Positions 12,391 to 25,331 of a stretch of DNA of 64,000 nt are shown piece by piece (position 1 is the stretch's first letter; each line of letters starts with the position of its first letter). The translations under genes and the position numbers were made by a program. The DNA is taken from assembly GCA_965112155.1 (NCBI GenBank), contig OZ218104.1; one strand, written 5' to 3'. Under the pieces are notes generated by a model. It ran no database searches and was not told the DNA's origin. It saw only the letters and a program-made list of their open reading frames with translations. The stretch comes from Podarcis liolepis. Taxonomy: Eukaryota.

Positions 12391-15300
12391 AGTGCAAAGA
12401 CCTTGCTAGGTCACAGCTGTCAGAAACAGCTCTATCTGTGTGCATTTGCTCCATGTGGTGAATCACAAGTTGTTCCTGCAACACTTATGGGGCAAGTGTC
12501 CCAATGCCTACCACTGTCAGCGCTTTTACAGAAAGTCCTTGCAACACACTGGACTGGTGGATTCTTTGTTCTATTCCGTTTTTAACAAATAATAGAACTG
12601 ACAGAACCACACAAAAGGAGTTAGAATATATTCTGTTAGCTGTGAGATATACAGTGTAAAGTATAAATACCTGAACTCATTAAATGTGCTTCCTGGGGAA
12701 CCATGCACAACTTCCAATCTGGTGGAATCTTGACCCACCAGTTGGGAGTCTCTGGACTGGAAACATACCTTGTTAAAAACTGAAAGGCAAAAAGTTTCTC
12801 ATATCACTCATTGAGGTTTTAAAGGAAACTGCCCAGGTTTGGGGAAACAAGGTTAAATCATCATACAAGGGCACACACCAGGCTAGTTGGCTTTAAAACA
12901 CAGGGTGCATAATGACGAAACATTGCTTGAGCAGTAGGACACTCTGGAAGCGCATTCAGTACAGTCTGTTTTAAACAAAACAGATTTTCTCCCAGGTCAA
13001 ACTTAGGCGAAATTGCTTCTTCTGCTTTGCAACAGAAGTGGGTTGTGCACAGCGCTGATGGTCCAGTGTTTGTGGCAATATGAATCTACTTTCCCAGCCC
13101 AACCCCCAGTTCTGTTACTTAAAAACAACAACAATATTTTAAAAGCCTTGAATTGAGTTTCATTGACGTGAACTTACGACACTTGACATAAAAAGGCAGA
13201 TAGCCTGTCTGAAACATGGGGAAAGAGGCAAAACAAATGACTAATCAGTGTTTGAACTGGTGGCATGTACCCCTGCAGATCAAACTGTAAAGGTCAGAGA
13301 AGGTATGTATTTGTGCACAGTCACAGATTCAAGCACCCTGTTGTTCAAAGAGAGCACAGTGCACCAGGAGCTTTTTCAGCACATCTTGTGGAACATCTCA
13401 TAAGTAGTTTATTTCAGAATGAAGGCAGGTCTAACACCACAGATAGTTTAACAAAGTCCCTCCCCACAGGCTCATTACAAAGACTCGTCTTCCTCTTTTG
13501 GGAATGACCTCTGCTAAACTAGCTCTGCAAATTTCCAGCATGGTGAATATAGACTGGGGAGAAGGCAGCGGAAGAAAGTACCAATTGTCTAGCACCTATA
13601 TTATGGCCAGCATATCTCTCTCACTCCAGTTCCTCCATCGGTATTTCAAACTTTAATGATGTTTCATGAAGTATGGAGAATAGATGCAAAAACAAACATT
13701 CATGAACCAGTTTTTTAAAAATGCAAACATAACAATGGAAAGGGCAAGGGGGGGAGATGTGCTTCCTTTGTACGTTTTGACTGTATGACTTAAGAGAGGA
13801 GAAGTCTCAACCATCTCAGCCCATAGCGGCCACAGGAAAGTGCTGACCTCTGCTGACTTCCAGCCACTTCCGTGGCAGTGCTGTGAAAAGATCCAGCTGG
13901 CACATGTGGTACCCGGTCTGCATCCTGCCATTGGCATCCTGCCAGCACCACATGTGTAGAGTGGTTTGTGGCAGTGTGTAAAAACAGAGCCAGACTTTGA
14001 TTATCACTAGAAGTAATCCCACCACTTCCATTGTTAACCTCTGAGCGCCATCAGAAGTTTGGGCTTCTGATTTACGCCCATTGCAACTAATATAAATCTA
14101 GCAACAACAACAAAGTTACCTTCAAAGTTGCTTTTACCTTGGTGGTATCAGTTGCCCTATAAATGGGAAAGCAAAGTAGGTTTATGGCCCTGGAAACAGA
14201 AAGTAAGGCCCCCTGGCAAGCTATCCAGTTCTTCCTTTGTTATGTGTGCTTGAATCCACTAATGGCTGAGTAAGGTGAAAGATTTGCAGGAGTCTTTGCC
14301 AACCTGATGCCCTCTGGATGTTTTGGACTACAACTCCCATCAGCCCCAGCTCTCCTGGACCCTCAGTTAAAGAGGCTGGTGAGAAAGGAAAGTCCCAATG
14401 GCTCTTTCTGCCATTTTGGGAATGTATTTCTTTCCTTGAGCAAAACTTACTTTTATATTTTATGTCCTCTACTTTTTATTCATAGCCTGTCCTACCAATA
14501 AGAGCTCAAGATGCTACTGTGTTGTTGTTTTTTTTTAAAAAGAATATTGCTGCATAAACACATCACTTACACAACAGTAAACTTTTAATACGTGTTTTTA
14601 TTATTTTAAAGTTTACTGTTTTGTTGAACTTAATTGTGCTGTTATTCCCCACCCCCCACTCCAGGGCACTCAGACATCTTAGTAATCAAGGACTCTATCT
14701 AGCTTAGTAGTAAAGTACTACTTTGCATGCAGAAGATCCCTGATTCCCGCTCTGGCATCCCCATTTGAAAGGCTCAGGCACAGGTAATATGAAAGACCTC
14801 TCTGTTTCTGAGACCCTGGAGAGCTGCTGCCAGTCAAAGCAGACAATACTTGGCTAGATGGACAAATAAACTGACCTAGTGTAAGGCAGATTACTACGTT
14901 CCTATACTTGTTCCTCAAAAGATGATCTCAGGGTACAGGTAGACCATTGTGGATTGAATCTGGAACATTTTGCATGCAAGGCAGATCTTCAGCACTGATC
15001 TACAGCCCCTGACTCATATTCCCACACATAATTGCATGGGGGTATACAGTATGTTTGAACCAGGCAGCTTGGCTGATCTCTGATTATCATATGATATTCT
15101 TTCTTTTATATCTATGTATCCATCTACTTATTTGAAAATTATATTCCACCCTTCTAATGCATATGCATGAGTCAGGGTGACTTACAACAATTAAAAATCA
15201 CAATATCATAATAAAACAATAAAAACAATATAAAATGGAGACAGGCTCAGCAGATAAAAACTGAGTTCATCCCATTAAAACAGTTTACCTGCCAAGCAAC

Positions 15301-15439
15301 GCAAAAAACTCTATTTGCCTGGCAGTATTTAGGGAGCCAGTCTCAGTGTTTAGGGTCTGAAGCACACACCACACAGCTTAGTTAGAGCCAGCTCAGATTT
15401 CCTTAAGGAGTTTGGACTGTACAATTTTTAACTCCAATT

Positions 15440-15830
15440 ATTTATTCATTAGATTTGCATACTACCCTTTATGCATAAAACTCAGGGCAGTTCACAATAT
15501 AAAATTACAATATAAAAAACACAATATATATAATATTAAGAAGAAGAAAACCAAACCAATAATCTCCCCTCCCACAACACGTTTGAAAGGGTATCAGATG
15601 TCACTCAATCAAAGGACTTTTTCCTTGTGCCTAAATGTGTATAATGAAGGTGCCAGATGAACTTCCCTGGAGAGAGCATTCCACAAACGGGGAGCCACTG
15701 CAGAAAAGGCCCATTCTTATGTTGCCACCCTCTGGACCTCTCATGGAAGAGGCACATGAAGAAGGGCCTCAGAAGATGATCTCAGGGTACAGGTAGGTTC
15801 ATGTGGAGAGAGGCAATCCCTGAGACTATA
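15440..15830 (-). mobile_element. L2 LINE 3' fragment
   Basis: agagcattccacaaacggggagccactgcagaaaaggccc, typical reptile L2 3' region. Confidence 0.6.
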
Positions 15831-16976
15831 ATGACCAAATGCTCCTCCACAACAACACAGAAAAGTAGCTCTTAAGAGAATCTTAGAATCTCTTCCCACT
15901 AACATGCTAGGCTTTCATCAGCAGGGAATGCTTTTGAATGAAGGAACATTCCGTCATATGAGCCTCTACTGACAGTCTAAAGTGATGCAATTCAGGCATA
16001 AGAAGAGCCTTGCTGGATCAGACCAAATGCCAATCCAGTCCTGCCTTCTTTTCTCACAGTTGCCAACCAGATGCCCATGGGAAGACAATATGGTTGCTCA
16101 ACCCTGTGAGGACTAGGCCTTCGAGAGAACCAGGACCTGTCCCTACCATTAGGCAGAGATAGGGCTGCCATATATTGAAGCACAGAAAAGAGGACAGTCC
16201 GAGCCACTGCCAGCCCAAGCTGGGGAAAGAGGCGCGTGGGCATGTGGGCTGCCGCCATGCCTGCACCCCTCTTTCCCTTGCTCGGGTTGGCAGTGGCCAC
16301 TGCGTGCAGAGCAGCCCCAAACCTGAGCTGCCACACCCGAGCCGAAAAACTCCCCCTAAAAGCCAGACATTTCCTTTAAAATGTAAAAATCCCCCTGGAT
16401 GGGAATATTGGCCCCCCAAAAGAGGATGTGTCCAGGATTTCCCAGATGTATGGCAACCCTAGGCAGAGATTGTGGAAGCTGATGCTCAGGCGGCCAGTAG
16501 TTGGATCATCTGTAGGACCACCTCTACCCGATGAAGCAACCTAGACCCTGCACTCTTCATCTGAGATCCTTCTCTGTCTGCCTCCTCCCAAAGAAGGTGC
16601 AGAGGATAGTGGCACAAAGCAGGGCTTCTCCGTGGTGGCTCTTTGGTTGATGAATGCTCTCCCTGGGAAGCCATGGCTGGTTCCATCACTACCTGTGTTA
16701 AGGTGCCAGGCAAAAACATGTTTATTCAGCTATGCCTTTGGACCTTAATTTCCTGCATATATTCCAAGAGGGGAGGTTGAGTTGGACCTGCTCCTTTATT
16801 TGTATTACAGTGACCATTTGGGGTTCTTCTTCCTCTACATTTTCTATTTGTTTTCAGGGCTTGGTTTTTGGGGTGGTTTTTTTTAAAAAAAAAAACTACT
16901 GATAAATATAACAAATAACTGCAACAACAGTAGGTGACACCAACTAACCCTGCTGTTGCCACCATTCTCTGCAAAG

Positions 16977-17037
16977 GCAACACTGAGACTCAGGAGGAGG
17001 ATGCAAGCAGTCGGTGCCACTCCCAGAATGGCTGTGT
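16977..17037 (+). other. Candidate 61-nt AHDC1 cassette exon
   Basis: Branch-point-like ACTAAC (16943-48), tract ending ctctgcaaAG, donor TGT|GTAAGC. Confidence 0.5.
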
Positions 17038-18689
17038 GTAAGCTGGGCGCTGGCTGAAGGCAGGCTGAAGTTGCCCAAATGGACCAGCCTCTACTGGGGA
17101 GAGCGAAACAGTCCACCCAGGCAGCTGGCTTTGTGGTGTCATGACAGGACAGCAAATTATTACTGGGGTGTTTTGTTTGTTTTGTTTTTTAGTGCCGGGT
17201 GGGGCACTTGTGGAGTTTTCTATCTCAGGGGCCACAAAAGCATGACGCTCTTTGGGTTCTGTGTTTTTGGGCTGGTGGGGTTGGAGCAGAGGACGAAGAC
17301 GCCATTTGCTGCTCGCCTCCAACAGGAAAGCCTGCGAAGGCAGAGACGATACACATGTTCTGCTTCATGTGTAGTCATAGCTCCCTTGGCCTCAGCGTAG
17401 GCCGGTTATCATCCGTGCGGCCAGTCTGAAGCAAGGCTTCCCCAGACAGACTAGGGTTGCCACAGTCTGAGGGAGGAGACTCGTTTGAAGTGGAGGCTGG
17501 CCCTTTGGGGCTAGGCTGGAATGATGAATGTTCAGTTTGGGCCTCCCTTCTCCCTGCCAAGGGGAAAGTTGCACACAAAGAACTTCCATTCTTTCCCTCA
17601 GCGTCACTCTCTTTCTCTGTGTCCTTCCTTCCTTCCTTCTTTCCTTCCTTCTGTCACCCTTTCTTCCAGAGTGTGGGGAGGCACAGACTGTGTAACTGAT
17701 ACTATATATATAAAAAGGGGGGGGGGACCCTTCTGGTGCCAGGTGTGCGTTCCCTCAGCCAGCTCTGGGCAAGGAAAGTGCTCTGCTGCTGTCGCACAAA
17801 AAGGGGAACTGCACAAAGAGGGCTTTCTGTCAGGCCAGAGAAGTAGCACAGCCAGGTCAGAAAGTTTAAACAGAAAGTGGGAATAACTTTGGGAGGGGGT
17901 TTTAACCATTTGACAGACATGGCGGCTTGGAAGGGGATCTGTAGCTCATCAGGGACACCTAGTGGAGACGTGGCTGCAAGAGCCTGTAGCCAAAAATGAC
18001 TTGTGCTACATATACCAGGTACTTGACTTTCTGTTAATACATCCAGAATATCTGCCTTCCTCCACCATCATAACAATCCATGCTTATAGTTTCCATTTCT
18101 CCCATTGGCATGCATCTGAAATACCCACTTTTTTATTTTTTTTATTTCTGTCAGAGTTACCCACCTCCACTCTGAACAGAGGCTCTGAGCTTTTAAATGA
18201 CAGACAGAAATAAAAACAATTCAATTCCCTCATGACTGCACCTGTTGAATGTCTGTCTGTCTGAATGTGAGTGAAAGCTGGGTAGTAAGAGCTACCTGAT
18301 CCACATTAAAGAGTGCCGCCCTAAACACACCTACCAGGCAGTAACCACCACTGAGCTCAATGGCGCTTCTGAGTAAGCGGTCATAGTTAAAATCTTCATA
18401 AGATGAAGCAGCCATGTTTGGGAGAGGTGGATTTTCCTCAGAATCTCCACTGTAGTGGAACCTCACAATGACTCGTTTTATTCCCTTTGAGAATCAGGGC
18501 CAAAACAGGCATGATGTGGGAGAGTTGTTATATTTGCCTATAAAGCAGCCAGGGGTGAATTGAATGCTTAACCCTTTCCTTGGTGCCATATTCTCAATCT
18601 AAATAGCTCCCCCTCCCACTTAATTAGCTACAGAAATAGCTTCTATTAGCTCTGCATTAGAACGAAATGCAGATACCTGTGCTGGGCTA

Positions 18690-18738
18690 GTGTGTGTGTG
18701 TTTGTTTGTTTGTTTGTTTGTTTGTTTGTTTGTTTGTT
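18690..18738. repeat. (TG)n(TTTG)n microsatellite
   Basis: Direct reading. Confidence 0.9.
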
Positions 18739-19361
18739 ACTTTAGGGGTAATAGCAGCATTTGAGGGATATTAGACAGCAAAAACAACACTTGTTCTCTG
18801 AGCACATCTGCTCCAGTCTAAAAAGGGCATTGTAGCTGCTTTAAAGTGCTTGGGGGTCCCCCTCCAAAAAAGAAATCCCCCATCATACCTATTTTGGGGC
18901 CCGCAAGGGCGACTGGTGAAGTATAAAGCTGTTCCAGCAATTCGTTATCAGTCATAGCCCAGAAACACTGTTAAGAGCAACCCTCTCAAAAGAAGGTATT
19001 GGTTTGAGGTGCAAAGGCACAGTGCTAATGAGAGAGAACCCTTCTGAGGTGGGATAATAATCAGAACCACAGGTGGGACCAGCAAAATAATATGGTGGAG
19101 TGCTCCTGTTCAAGGTGTCAGCCGGCCATGCCTTCTTTCATTAAGTCACCTTTCCACCCCCACACTGCTTGTCTGTGCAGAACTGGGGCACCAGAAAACA
19201 CAGAGGATATTTGTACAACTAAATGCCCAGCTGTAGATTTGGGTCCCTTGTTGCAGAACAAGATTGACATGAGTGAGCCACCGACAGGAAGGACTGCAAA
19301 GGGTGGCTCTGATTGTTCTCTAGGCTAAACTTCTTCTTTTTTTTGTCTTCCTTCTCCACAG

Positions 19362-19399
19362 AGAACTCAAGTGTAACAGCAGGAACAGCAAAGCAGAAG
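19362..19399 (+). CDS. AHDC1: AHDC1 upstream 38-nt exon (ELKCNSRNSKAE), predicted coding
   Basis: Long pyrimidine tract ending ctccacAG (19360-61), donor GAAG|GTGAGT. Phase 2 in, phase 1 out, stop-free and in frame with the main exon. Confidence 0.8.
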
Positions 19400-19559
19400 G
19401 TGAGTTCTATGCTGTGGACTTTGTAATTTCACCCCACTCTTCTCTTGCAAAGCAGCAGTGAAACAAATGGTGCTGAGGACCCTTCTGTACAGGTCATTTG
19501 TTGTGTAACACATGCACATTTGTTCTCCTGCATTGGGCTCTGTCTGCATGGCTTTCATC

Positions 19560-20205
19560 TGGACAGGAATAGCCTAACTTCTGCCATCTATGCTCTGGTA
19601 ACCCCTAGGTTAGATTACTGCAATGTGTGGTAAATGGGGCTGCTTCCGAAGACAGTCCAGAAACTGGTGCAGAATTTGGCATCTAGGTTGATCACCAGGG
19701 CAAGATGGTTTGAGCATATAACACTAATCCTGACCCAATTGCACTGGCTGTCAATCAGTTTCTGGGCCAATTCAGGCTGCTGGCTTTGACCTATAATGCC
19801 TTAAACTGCTTAGGGCCACAATACCCCAAGGACCAGTTCTCCCCATGTGAGCCCTACTCAGACACTGTGCTCATCATCTGAGGACCATCTGGAGGGTGAC
19901 AACATGAGAATGAGCCTTTTCTGCAGTGGCGTCCCATTTGTGGAATGCTCTCACCTACTGCCTTCACTACAAATTTTTAGGCACCGGGCAAAAACTTTCC
20001 TCTACATTAATCAGGACTTTATTTGTGGCCTTTTAGAAGTGGGTGGGATATTTTTAATGTATTTCTCTTTCCTCTTGGTTTTAACGTATCTATGTTGGGT
20101 TTATTGTCTGTCTTGTTTGTTTGTTTGTTTGTTTGGCCATAAGTTGCTTTGGGTTGCCCTGGGCAAGATAAAATGACTTAACAAATTTAAATAATAACAA
20201 TAATA
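19560..20205 (+). mobile_element. L2 LINE 3' fragment
   Basis: AIYALVTPRLDYCN motif, LHWL-like segment (ttgcactggctg), A-rich tail. Confidence 0.75.
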
Positions 20206-20319
20206 GCGTCCTCCATGAAGCCCCAGAAATGAATGCTGTCTTATATTGAAGTCTATCACACACTTCTACATGAACCAATTAACATGAAAAACTTAATGTC
20301 TCCTCTTTGCCTGTTCCAG

Positions 20320-23300
20320 GTCCAGGTTCCACGTTTGCAGATGTACATCCCAGCAACTGTTCTGCCAAGAGGCATGCCGGTGAAGAAGAATTTAGGAAGC
20401 GCCTGAAATCACAGGGCCCGTCAGTCCCACCAGCAGGAGGCGCCATCCGCAGTTCTTCTGATTACTCCCAAGAGCCAAAGTTATACCAGGCAGGGCACCC
20501 TGGTCAAAAGGTTTCAGCGTGTCTGGCTGAAAAAGCCTTGTCATTTGGCATGCTCAGCTTTCCTGAAGGTTCCTGTTCAGCATTAGGCCGTGAGCACAAG
20601 TCTAGCTCACTGCGTCATGCTGAGACGGCTGACCGGTACAAGAGCTTTCACGCCCATGGCAGCACCAAGGCAGAGGATTTGCCGCCGGCCAATGTTCTGG
20701 GCTGCCCTGTTGACACCCGGGGCCTAGATGAGACAGCCACGCACGACAGAGCTGCCAAGACCTTCTCCAATGCCACTCTGGCCTCAGGAAGGTGCAACAT
20801 TGACAACATCATCTCGCTGCTAAAGAGCAAGTGTGGAAATGGCCGTATCAACCTCTACCCTGTGGTGCAGCTCATAGACATCATGAAGGACATCAACCGC
20901 CTCTCCCAGGACCTGAAGAGCTGTGGTGTTCACCTGGACTGCAGTGGCCTAGAGCTTAACAGCCACCCACCACTCAACGAGGAAGGCCAGGATCAGGGCC
21001 TGCAGTACAGCTTCTACTCCTCACCCATGCTTGCCAGCAGCATCCGTAGCCCCGAGGAGGTAGCAGTGCAGGGCAGCACCAAAGCTGAGCTGCCCAAGCA
21101 GACCCGACCCACTGGCATCTGTGAAGGAGAGTCAGAGGGGGACACTCAGAGTGCCCAGTACCCAGCCACCCAGAGTAGCCCTGCTTTGAAGGCATCATCA
21201 AGCAGCATAGATGAAGCTAGCAGCTTGGAATCTGATACCACTGATTATCCCGAACTGGCTGATACAGATATCCTGAGCGAACTGGCTTCTTTGGCATGCC
21301 CAGGCCCCCAGTTAATAGATCATCAACATCTGGAGCCCCACTCCCAGTTGCTGCAAAGCCAGGGGCTAGATTCAAGGTCCCAGTTAATTGGTTCACAGTC
21401 TCTGGAACACCAGCCTCAGCTAGTAGACTCTAAGTCTTTAGAGCCTCCTCCAGAACCGCTAGCATTGCAGACGGTGGAGCCACTGCCTGCGCCACTGGGG
21501 CTGCAGACTCTGGAGCATTTGGAGCTGCAGAATCTGGAGCCCTTGTCTGAATCACTATCACTTCAGTCCCTGGAACCCCTTTCTGAGCCACTAGGGCTCC
21601 AGTCTTTAGGGACTCTGGACCACCAATTGCTCGACTCCCAAGCCCAGCTTCTGGATCCGGAAGCCCAGCTGCTAGGCTCCCTGCCCAAGTTGTTAGACTC
21701 CCAGCCCCAGCTAGAGACAGACGAGTCCCTAGGAGCACATTCGCTGCAGCCCAGCTCCCACCTTGGAGGCTGCTCCCTGAGAGGAGTAGTAAGGCGAGGA
21801 GGAGGGCGGGGAAGGGATGATCACAGGAAATATGCTCTACGTAGAACAGATAAACCAAAGATGCTCTGCCGCCGGCGGAGAGGTGGCCGGGGCCGGCGAG
21901 CAGAGATTGTAGCTGAGAACAGAGTCCTCCCCATGGCTGTACCAGTGGAGGTGGTGATGGCACAACCAGATGAAGTCAGGATGCCGGTGACAGCAGAAGT
22001 GATGGAGCCCATCGTTTCCCCACTGGAACCTGAAGATGGCCAGAAACCAGCCGCCAACCTGCAGGTCCAAAAACCCAAGTGCCGTGGAGTGCGAAGGATG
22101 GTGGTGAAGATGGCCAAGATCCCTGTCTCCCTTGGGAGGAGGAACAAGACGACATACAAAGTGTCCTCTCTCAACAGCAACTTGAACCTGGAAGGCAAAG
22201 AGCTCACAACCTGCAGCTCATTGGAGCCAACTCCGCTGCTGAAGATGAAGAACAATGGTCGTAATGTGGTGGTGGTCTTTCCTCCAGGTGAAATGCCTAT
22301 TATCCTGAAGCGCAAGCGGGGGAGACCCCCAAAAAACCTGATGCTGGGTCCCTGCAAACCCAAGGAACCCACCCCAGAAGTGAAAAAGCGGAGGAGGAGG
22401 AAACAGAAACTGGCATCACCACAGCCCTCCTATGTCGCCGACACCAATGATAGTAAAGCTGACTACTCTGATGTCCTGGCAAAGCTTGCCTTCCTAAACC
22501 GCCAGAGCCAGTGCTCGGCTCGTTGCTCCCCGCCTCGCTGCTGGACCCCAAGTGAGCCAGACTCCATCCACCAAGCCCCAGACACTCAAAGCATCTCCCA
22601 CTTTTTGCACCGGGTCCAAGGTTTCCGCAGACGTGGTGGTAAAGGAGGCGGGTTTGGACGTGGAGGGGGCCACTCTGCCCGGTCACCTCGCTGCTCCTTT
22701 AGTGATTTTTTTGAAGGCATCGGCAAGAAGAAGAAGGCAGCCCCAGGGGCAGCCATGCATGCTGACCCTGTTCACCCACGAAAAAGGGGCCGGCCAGAGC
22801 CTGACTCCATGGAGAAGCCGAAGAGGAAGAGGCGGTCCCGCAAGAATGGGGCGCTGTTTCCTGAGCAAAACCTTGGCCAGAACTTCAGTGATGGGACCTC
22901 CGAGTGGGGCGGAGACAAAGAAAGTCTTTGGATGTCCCATCATGGACACCTCTCCAGCCAAGCCAACAGGAACTGCAGTTACCAAGACTCTCGGACCTTC
23001 CACTCTTCGACGCTGGAGTCAAGTTCATCCAGTAGGACTGGTTTTTATGGTGGGAGCAACCCATCATCACAGTCCGAGCTAAGCCAGGAGAGACAGAGCC
23101 TCTTCACAGGCTATTTCCGCTCCCTGCTGGATTCAGATGATTCCTCTGACTTGCTAGACTTTGCCCTCTCAAATACACGCTCTGAGTCACGGAAATCTGC
23201 TCCTTCGTACACGGCTCCTCCTAATGCCATTGCTACACAGAGGGGCATGGCATCTTACCCAAGCAGAGGGGGTAAAGTCACGCCCTCCTCCACCACCACT

Positions 23301-25331
23301 ACTGCTACTACTGAGGCACCCTTTCACACAGCCATGACAAGCCGGCAGTCGTTCCCTCCCAGCCGATCAGCGGGATACAGCCTTTCTCAGGCTGCTTCGG
23401 AATGCCGCAGCACAGATGCCTTTCAGAAGCTGGCGCCTCTCTCAGCTGTCTCCAGGTCACCCACCGCCCACTCCACAGCAGCCTCCAGCTATGCACAGTA
23501 CGGCAACTTCAGCAACAGTGGTGGGCAGAGCGTGACACCTTCTAGCTTGTTCCAGCAAGGGAAGCCATACCATGCCACACAGGACTGCCCCAACAACAAA
23601 GACTGCAGCTTCACATATGGCAGTGGCAACAGCTTGCCCTCATCACCGAGCAGTGCCCATAGTGCCAGCTATGCCCAGCAGACTTCGGGGCCCAGCTTGC
23701 CATTGAATAAGGCCTCCTTCTTCAACAGCTCGGATCCCAGCCAGTTCTCCAGCTCCTCCCACACGCCCATGAGGTGCGACAGCCGGGCAAGCACTGTGTC
23801 CCCAGGTGGCTACATGGTCCCTAAGGGCTCAGTCTCCTTTCAGCCCTCCCCAGAGAACTGCCGGCAGTTTCCCAGTGCCTCCCAGTGGGCTTTCCGGCAA
23901 GGCTACAGCAACCTGGACTGGAACTCTGAAACCTTCAGCCAGCTTTACAACCCAGGCTTTGACTGCCATATCAACGAACCCAATGTTATCCTGGATATCT
24001 CCAACTACACACCCCAGAAGGCCAAGCAGCAGACCGTCTCTGAGACCTTCTCCGAGTCCTCATCGGACAGTACCCAGTTCAACCAGCCAGCTGGCTACAG
24101 AAGGGCCAACAGCGAGGCTTCGTCTAGTGAGGGCCAGTCCAGCCTCTCTAGCCTGGAGAAGCTGATGATGGACTGGAATGAGTCATCTTCGGCCCCAGGT
24201 TACAACTGGAACCAGAGTGTCTTATTTCAGAGCAGCTCCAAGCCGGGACGTGGTAGGCGGAAGAAAGTGGACATATTTGATGCTGCTCATCTGAACTTCT
24301 CGACAGGTGCCTACCCTTCCAAGAGGGGCACGGGGGCCAGGCAGCCACGAGGCTCCCGAGGTGCCTGTGCCTCCAAGAAGGAGAGAGGCACTGGCAAGAC
24401 CAAGTTCCCTACCAAATCCCAGCAAGTGAACCCCATGTTTCAAGACAGTACAGATTTGGGCCTGGACTACTACAGTGGAGACAGCAGCATGTCCCCACTG
24501 CCCTCCCAGTCGCGGGGCTTTGGGCTCAGCGAAAGGGACCCCTGCGACTTTGCTGGGCCCTATTCCATGAACCCCTCCACCCCTTCAGACGGCACCTTTG
24601 GGCAAGGCTTCCAGAGTGACTCCCCTGGCCTAGGGCAGGCAGACCTGGACAGCAAGCATTTCCCCGCCCTGCCCCACCAGCTTGCTGCCCCGCCCCCTCA
24701 GCAGACTGTGTTTGAAGCAAGCTTACAGAAAGCCTTCTCGCCCAACTGCTCCCCAACCCTGGCCTTCAAAGAGGACTTGAGGCCCAGCGACATCCGCAAG
24801 CTCCCGGCCTGCGACTCGCTCAAACACAGCATGCAAGGGGCTGGTGGCATGCCCCACCCAGCCGCGCACATGTCTTGCCGGGACCTGCCCATGTCCCAGC
24901 CACACTACGACTCGCCCAGCTGCAAAAACCCCAACTATTGGTACTCCCCCACCTCCAGCACCCGCAGCCCTCCATACGACAACAAAGCCGGGGTTGGGAT
25001 GCTAGTGGACTTCATGGGGAGAAGCCCAGATGTCTCCTGCCTCAACCCCCACCTGACCAGCCCCCCCAACACCAACCCTTCCAAGAGCGAGAAGGAGCCT
25101 ATGGACATGGCAAGGGCCCACCACCGAGGGGCCTACATTTGCCCCTTGATGAACGACTTGAATATCTCCCCAGTCCCAAGAGACTCTATGCTGCCGCTGC
25201 AGGACAACTATAGGTACCCCAGTTTTGCACCCCAAGGGCACCCCATCATGACTGCAGCCCAGAAGAGCGCGTTTTTGGGTCCAATGCTAGAGCAACATCC
25301 TGAGGACACATTCACAGTCACCTCATTGTAG
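20320..25331 (+). CDS. AHDC1: AHDC1 / transcription factor Gibbin, main coding exon
   Basis: 5-kb uninterrupted ORF. Recognisable AHDC1 segments: [19 protein letters not shown]-hook [54 protein letters not shown]-terminal [11 protein letters not shown]. Acceptor tctttgcctgttccAG ends at 20319 (phase 1). The TTG 'start' at 20307 lies in the intron's polypyrimidine tract. Confidence 0.97.

Noticed and set aside
20307-20319. ORF-track start of the 1674-aa ORF
   Set aside because: It is a TTG inside the polypyrimidine tract of the splice acceptor, not a eukaryotic initiation codon.
20648-25241. Many antisense and alternate-frame ORFs over the AHDC1 exon
   Set aside because: Expected shadows of a long GC-rich CDS; no recognisable motifs.
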